From Rhynchopus sp. YZ270_cl-10 (Eukaryota), in assembly GCA_964035575.1 (NCBI GenBank), contig OZ037834.1, positions 124,001 through 188,000 of the forward strand: DNA of 64,000 nucleotides, written 5' to 3'. Below, piece after piece: positions 58,726 through 64,000 of this stretch. Below the pieces are notes generated by a model that was not told the origin of the DNA, did no database searches, and saw only the letters and a program-made list of their open reading frames with translations. Position 1 is the first letter of the stretch; each line of letters starts with the position of its first letter. The position numbers were made by a program, and so were the translations under genes.

Positions 58726-61700
58726 CAAGGCAACTCGTATTCTATTTTTTGGTTTTGGGTTTATAACCGAAACAGAAACAAAAACGAAATAAAATAAAAT
58801 ACCCGGTTGAGTTGCTCCTGGACGCAGATCCTTGTTGACACTGTCACAGCCTCACATTGCCCCTATATTCTGCTAGTGTGTACGTTTTTTTTTTCCCCGC
58901 TAACTTTTGGGTCAACGTGTGGTCGTTTGTTTGACACTTCACCATTATTATTTGTGTGTCCATCCTGTGATAGATAGTCTAAAAAAGCGAACACAAATTG
59001 TATGTCACTTTTTTTTGTGTATCTTTTTGAGGTATCTTAACTGGGCTTTCCTTTTTTTGGAAAAAAAGAGGGGAAAAAAAAACACTCTTATTTTATGTTA
59101 ATCTTGTACCTCTTGCCTGTGAAGACGATTTGCGTGGTGCGCTGACTGTTATCAGAGTATCAAAAAAAAGCAAAAAAAGTCTCTAAATTGTTCCTTTGAA
59201 CAACACGTGTGTTATTATTCTAGTAAGGAGTAGCAAAACTCTACCCTACTTTTTTTTCTTGTTTTTTTGTCACCCCATGAAATGAAGGAGGAAAATAGAA
59301 ACAAAGCATTTTTGAATACACTTGATGTTCTGGGGGGGACGAACCGTGCTGCAGAACCCACTCCTCATCAATCAGGTCGGAGGTGTGTGCGTTTCACCAC
59401 AACCTCTCTCCCATGGGTTTTTTATCGTGTGATGAGTGTTACGTTTCTATTTCTTTTTTTAAATGCTCACAATGTTCTTTGTGGACGTCTTCTTACATAG
59501 AATAGAGGAGTATAAGGGGGGGTTAATATTTCCATTTTTGACCAAACAACGATGGAGAACTCCATCAAGGCTCTCGGGGGGGGTGATTTTGCCCAAAAAT
59601 CCCCAAAAAAAAAAAAAAAAAACGGATTTTGGGGGGGGTGATTTTTTAGGAAAATCACCCCCCCAAAAAAAAAAAAAGTTGGGAAATCCGGATTTTTTTT
59701 TGGGGGGTCTTTCTACTAGAGCTCCGTTGTTCACACAGCAGTGAACAAAGTGACCGTCACAGCCAGAACGCGACTCAATTGGTCAAACGCCGAAGGAAAA
59801 AGGAAGCATACAGCATGGCGAAAGAAAAAAGTAGCGTACCGTGCGCCTGCGGCGCAAGCTTACAACCATCCTTCCCTTTGACATAGTTTGGCTGTAATAA
59901 TGTGCAATTTTAAGCGCATGTTGCGTACCGTGGCTTCGCCAGAAACTTTCGTTTAGCAAAATATGGAAGTAAAATTCATGCAAACTGACGATAATTACCA
60001 ACGACAGTGCCATTTTATGTCAACATTTTATAGAAATGTTGCGTACCGTGGCTTCGCCCGGAACCTTTCGGGTGCCATGACCGCTGTTTCTTTCCCACGT
60101 CCCTCCCTTTGCACATAGTGTGGGGAAATTTTTTTGACCCCAAATCACCCCCTTTTTGGGTTTTGGGGGTGATCTCCGAGAGCCCTGAACTCCATCTTTA
60201 AAAAAAAAAAAAATATTGATCATTATTTTAGTAGTTTGTGCGGTCAGCAACCCAGTTCTTCCCCCCCAGGGTTCTCCCGTAGTTCACTCACGGGTTTCCC
60301 GTGAACCGCTGACCCGCGCCATTAGTTAGTGATTAGCTGTATTGTGAGAATTGCCCATCATTAATACATAATTATCACAGTACAGCCAACCGCTACCAAG
60401 TTGTGTCTACGTGTATAGGTACGTTGCGCACTTTTCAACACATTACTTATTGTAGGGGTGACGATGATAGTGGATACACATTCACAGAGAACCTACAAAA
60501 AAACAACAAAAAAAGGGAAAAAAGTGTCATCAATTACCATTATTTTGTTCAACAGTTCTTGCCAAAAAAAATTGTGGTATTTCTTTTTAGGTGGCAAAGC
60601 ACAAAGAGGCTTAGGTTCATCTTATAAACTTTTTCTTCTTCCACAGTTCACCCTTCCCTTCATCACTCAGGAATGTTCCCACTCCCTTATAAAGAAAAGC
60701 AAAATAGCAAACGTCTTTTGTTCTAAGTTTACCGTTTTTTCCACTTTAGACCATTTTGTTTTGTTTCTCAAATAAATCGTAACTGTTGATTTTTTTTTGA
60801 GAGAATTTAGGAGAAAAACTAGACGATATCATCCGCCAACTGATCTTGATAACAATAAAAAAAAACAGTGGAGCACACTCTAGGGTGGCTACACTAATCC
60901 AACCAAGTTTTCCAAAAAAACAGTGTTTTTCGTTGAACGCAGCCTAATAGGGGTTAAAAATCTGTTTGGCGCAAAAGGTGAAAGGATTCAAGGGGAAATG
61001 TCTGTTATACAAGATCTGAACATTGGCTTTCTTTTTGTCTAGTTTCTTAATACACTATGTGTTAAGAAAAATGGTTGAAAGGGGGTTGCTACTTTTGTGC
61101 TACTTTCTGCTATTTTCTGCTATTTTGGGGTCGTCAGCCACACCAAAAAAGTAATCAGTTGTTCATTCGTTCTCATGCAAAATTCTTATTAGTTGTTGCT
61201 TTGTAATGCCGGGTGCCTATTTGACGTTATGTCCTCATTTTTCTCCCCTCCGTTTTTTCCCCCACATAAAAACCTTCCCGTTCGTTCAGATGATGTTCTA
61301 ATGTTCTTTGTTTAAATACTTTCAAACAAAATGGGCTTCAATTCATTTAACCATTGTGGAGATATCACAATGCTAATATTACCCCTGTGTTGTGCACGAG
61401 AGGTTCATTCATCTTCAAAATTTTTCTTTTTTCTCTGAGGCTATTTCATGATAGTGGCCAGCAGAACGCCCAGAATGTGTATGTCAGGGGCTTATATAGG
61501 GGGGGGTAAACCCTGGTCCGTCTGACTAGGTTTTTCATGCGCTTTTTTTCCGTTTGGCCCGCTTTTTTTTTGGCCACCAAATGAAAAAAAAAAAAAGATA
61601 CTTAGTTATTTACCCCTCCTATGTTTTCTTGGATCACAGTGTAATAAACTTTCAAGTTTTTTTTCTCTCTTTTAAAGGTGACTAGACGATCAAATTTTCT

Positions 61701-61777
61701 CTCTTTCTCTCTCCTTTATTTTTATAGGTACACTGTCACGAGAGGGCTTTGTATTTCAAGTCAACCCCCCCTTTTTT

Positions 61778-62432
61778 TTATACCTACAAACGTAGCTTAA
61801 TAGTTCCTTAGATACGGTTCGCCAATCACCCCCCCTCCAACAGGGTAATTTGTGCACTCAACGAAAAAAGCCTTTTTTCCTTTTACTTACCCTATCAGAG
61901 TTACTATTTTTTTTTGTCCAATTCTGTCCGTGTGTAGTGCATGTGACACCGAGAGATACGATGCGTGCTGCAAAAGCGCAGAAGGAGAGAGAACAGCGGC
62001 CCGCTCTGATAGAGCGAGGCTCTTTTCCCCCCTTCTAAACCTTGCTCCCTTTTTTTCTCTGCAAAAGCACCCCCAGCAACGCGTCAATTCCCGATCTCTC
62101 TTTTCTCTCTCTCCTTTGTTTGATAAATTGATAAATTGATAAATTGATAAATTGATAAATTGATAAATTGACAACGTGGGGTCACCTCGATTTTTTTTCT
62201 CTTCTTCGTGTGATCTCCACGCAGCCCGTCACCTTCCTATATCGCGTTTCGTGGATACTGCTGCCTTTTATATATTTTTTTTAAATATACCTACAAAAGC
62301 GTAGCTTAAAGGAGAAAATAGTTCCCTCAGATACGGTCGCCAATCACCCCCCCTCCAACAGGGTAATTGTGCAATCAACGGAAACATCTTTTTTTTTCCC
62401 CTTTTACTTACCCTATCAGAGTTACTATTTTT
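61778..62432. repeat. Two imperfect ~140-bp direct repeats (~61778-61915 and ~62286-62432) flanking a (TGATAAAT)n tract at 62121-62170
   Basis: TATACCTACAAA...GCCAATCACCCCCCTCCAACAGGGTAATT...TTACTTACCCTATCAGAGTTACTATTTTT occurs twice. Confidence 0.8.
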
Positions 62433-62930
62433 GTGGGAGGTGCCCTGCGTCCGCCGGTGTACGGTGAGGCGTTTGCACTTTCAACTTCTCCTTTTTTTTT
62501 GTGTGTCGATTACCCCCCCCTACTGCAAAGCGGGCCTCCTCTCCTATTTTGCTCTCTTTTAAGGATTCGTGTGAACAAAAAAAGCGTGGTCACTGCTATC
62601 ACAGTGAGAGTAGTGTCTACAACCCTGTTTTTTATATAAATCTTCTTGATGACGTCGTGAAGCAAGGCCTTTCGACTCCTGTCTTAATAAACACTAGTGG
62701 TGGGCTGTTTTGATGATAGTTACCTCTATCGCAATACATAATACACAATACAGCTGTACTGTGAATGTGTGTTATATTATGATAGAGCAATTATCATCAA
62801 TACAGCACAAAACCACTACCAAAAAAACCCCTCCCTTCTTTTTTGCTTTCTCAAAAAAAAAAAAAAATTAGTAGGGGGGCGTTAATGTGGTAAAAAAGTG
62901 AGTGGCATGTAAAAATAACTATTTATTACT

Positions 62931-63418
62931 TGGTGCTTCCCGGGGGGTATGCATTTCACAAATTTTCAATTCAATTCACAACTTTTCACAACTATTCACA
63001 ACTTTTCACTACCCTTTTTTCTCTCGTTGGTGAAGCTCTTAAACGCCGGCATTTGCATTTCCGGAATCCGTACGGCCAGTGGTGGGGTCAATTTGCCGAA
63101 ATGGACAAGTTCTCGTCATTTCCGCACATCACACAGTACACAGGTACACAGGTACACCACATCACGTTCTATCTTGTGAATCCCAGCGTACCCCTCAATG
63201 GGTGGGTCACCACCCCGCCCAAAAAAAAAGCACACAAAAAAAAAAAATCAATTCACAACTTTTCACAACTATTCACAACTTTTCACATTTTTTCACAATT
63301 TTTCACCACTTTTCACCAGCCTTCACAATTTTGTAGCGGTTTTCGTGTTGTGAAAATTTGTGAAAACTTGTCACATTTTGTGAAAATTTGTGAAATGCAC
63401 ACCCCCCGGGAAGCACCA
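62931..63418. mobile_element. 488-bp MITE with TGGTGCTTCCCGGGGGGT TIRs and 5-bp TSD TTACT
   Basis: ~37-bp TIRs, TTCACAA subrepeats, TTACT at 62926-62930 and 63419-63423. Confidence 0.85.
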
Positions 63419-63585
63419 TTACTGTAAAATAAAGTAGACTTTATTTTACGCGATATTTCCAGGTGCACGAGTGTGTATTTTTTTCCCGAGCGAAGCGAGG
63501 GAAAAAAAAATACACGAGTGCACCTGGAAATATCGAGTAAAATAGTGAAGTCTACTTTATTTTGCAGTGATAAGTTGTTTTATTT
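63419..63585. repeat. Palindromic foldback element centred on CCGAGCGAAGCGAGG
   Basis: Arms AAAATAAAGTAGACTT..GATATTTCCAGGTGCAC and GTGCACCTGGAAATATC..AAGTCTACTTTATTTT; the left arm continues at ~62912-62930. Confidence 0.8.
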
Positions 63586-63752
63586 GTCTAGTAAAAACAC
63601 GATATACGCAATCCCTCTATAAAACGAATAAAATGATGTTGACCAAAGAGTGGAGGGGGTGTGGGTGGACTACTACAAAAAACAGGGGCGACATAAGGGC
63701 ACTGTTTCTCATGCAGAACAATGAACAATAAAGTGGGGAGTACCCATTTTCC

Positions 63753-64000
63753 CAGGTACACAGGTACACAGGTACACAGGTACACAGGTACACAGGTACA
63801 CAGGTACACAGGTACACAGGTACACAGGTACACAGGTACACAGGTACACAGGTACACAGGTACACAGGTACACAGGTACACAGGTACACAGGTACACAGG
63901 TACACAGGTACACAGGTACACAGGTACACAGGTACACAGGTACACAGGTACACAGGTACACAGGTACACAGGTACACAGGTACACAGGTACACAGGTACA
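63753..64000. repeat. (GGTACACA)n microsatellite running off the window end
   Basis: Perfect 8-bp tandem repeat, at least 31 units. Confidence 0.98.

Noticed and set aside
59490..60320. Helitron/Helentron-like element (CTAG, short hairpins, duplicated GCGTACCGTGGCTTCGCC)
   Set aside because: Suggestive motifs only; boundaries could not be defined and no Rep/helicase sequence is present.
63753..64000. Telomere
   Set aside because: Euglenozoan telomeres are typically TTAGGG; similar GTAC arrays occur internally; the window edge is probably arbitrary.

Overview
Eukaryotic nuclear DNA, most likely a diplonemid (Euglenozoa). The evidence is a kinetoplastid-type ATP synthase OSCP, a kinetoplastid-like receptor adenylate cyclase, and canonical GT-AG introns. 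All six genes left of ~22.3 kb are on the minus strand: a NIFK/Nop15-like RRM protein, a discoidin-BTB protein, a 3-exon low-complexity protein, a CFAP119-like protein and two tandem amidases. All five genes right of ~42.2 kb are on the plus strand: adenylate cyclase, OSCP, a membrane protein, a TrpD-TrpC fusion and a SAM-Rab32-like GTPase. The divergent strand switch is filled by ~18 kb of satellite DNA: a 14-bp monomer array interrupted by two copies of a ~4.4-4.6 kb block of ~0.6-1.1 kb modules, each block containing a ~2 kb palindrome. This is a candidate centromere. Elsewhere, three non-autonomous DNA transposons with three unrelated TIR pairs carry the same internal cargo, abutted by GTAC-containing microsatellites. 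Many MITEs and short interspersed repeats are also present. All calls come from reading the sequence by eye; no searches were run.
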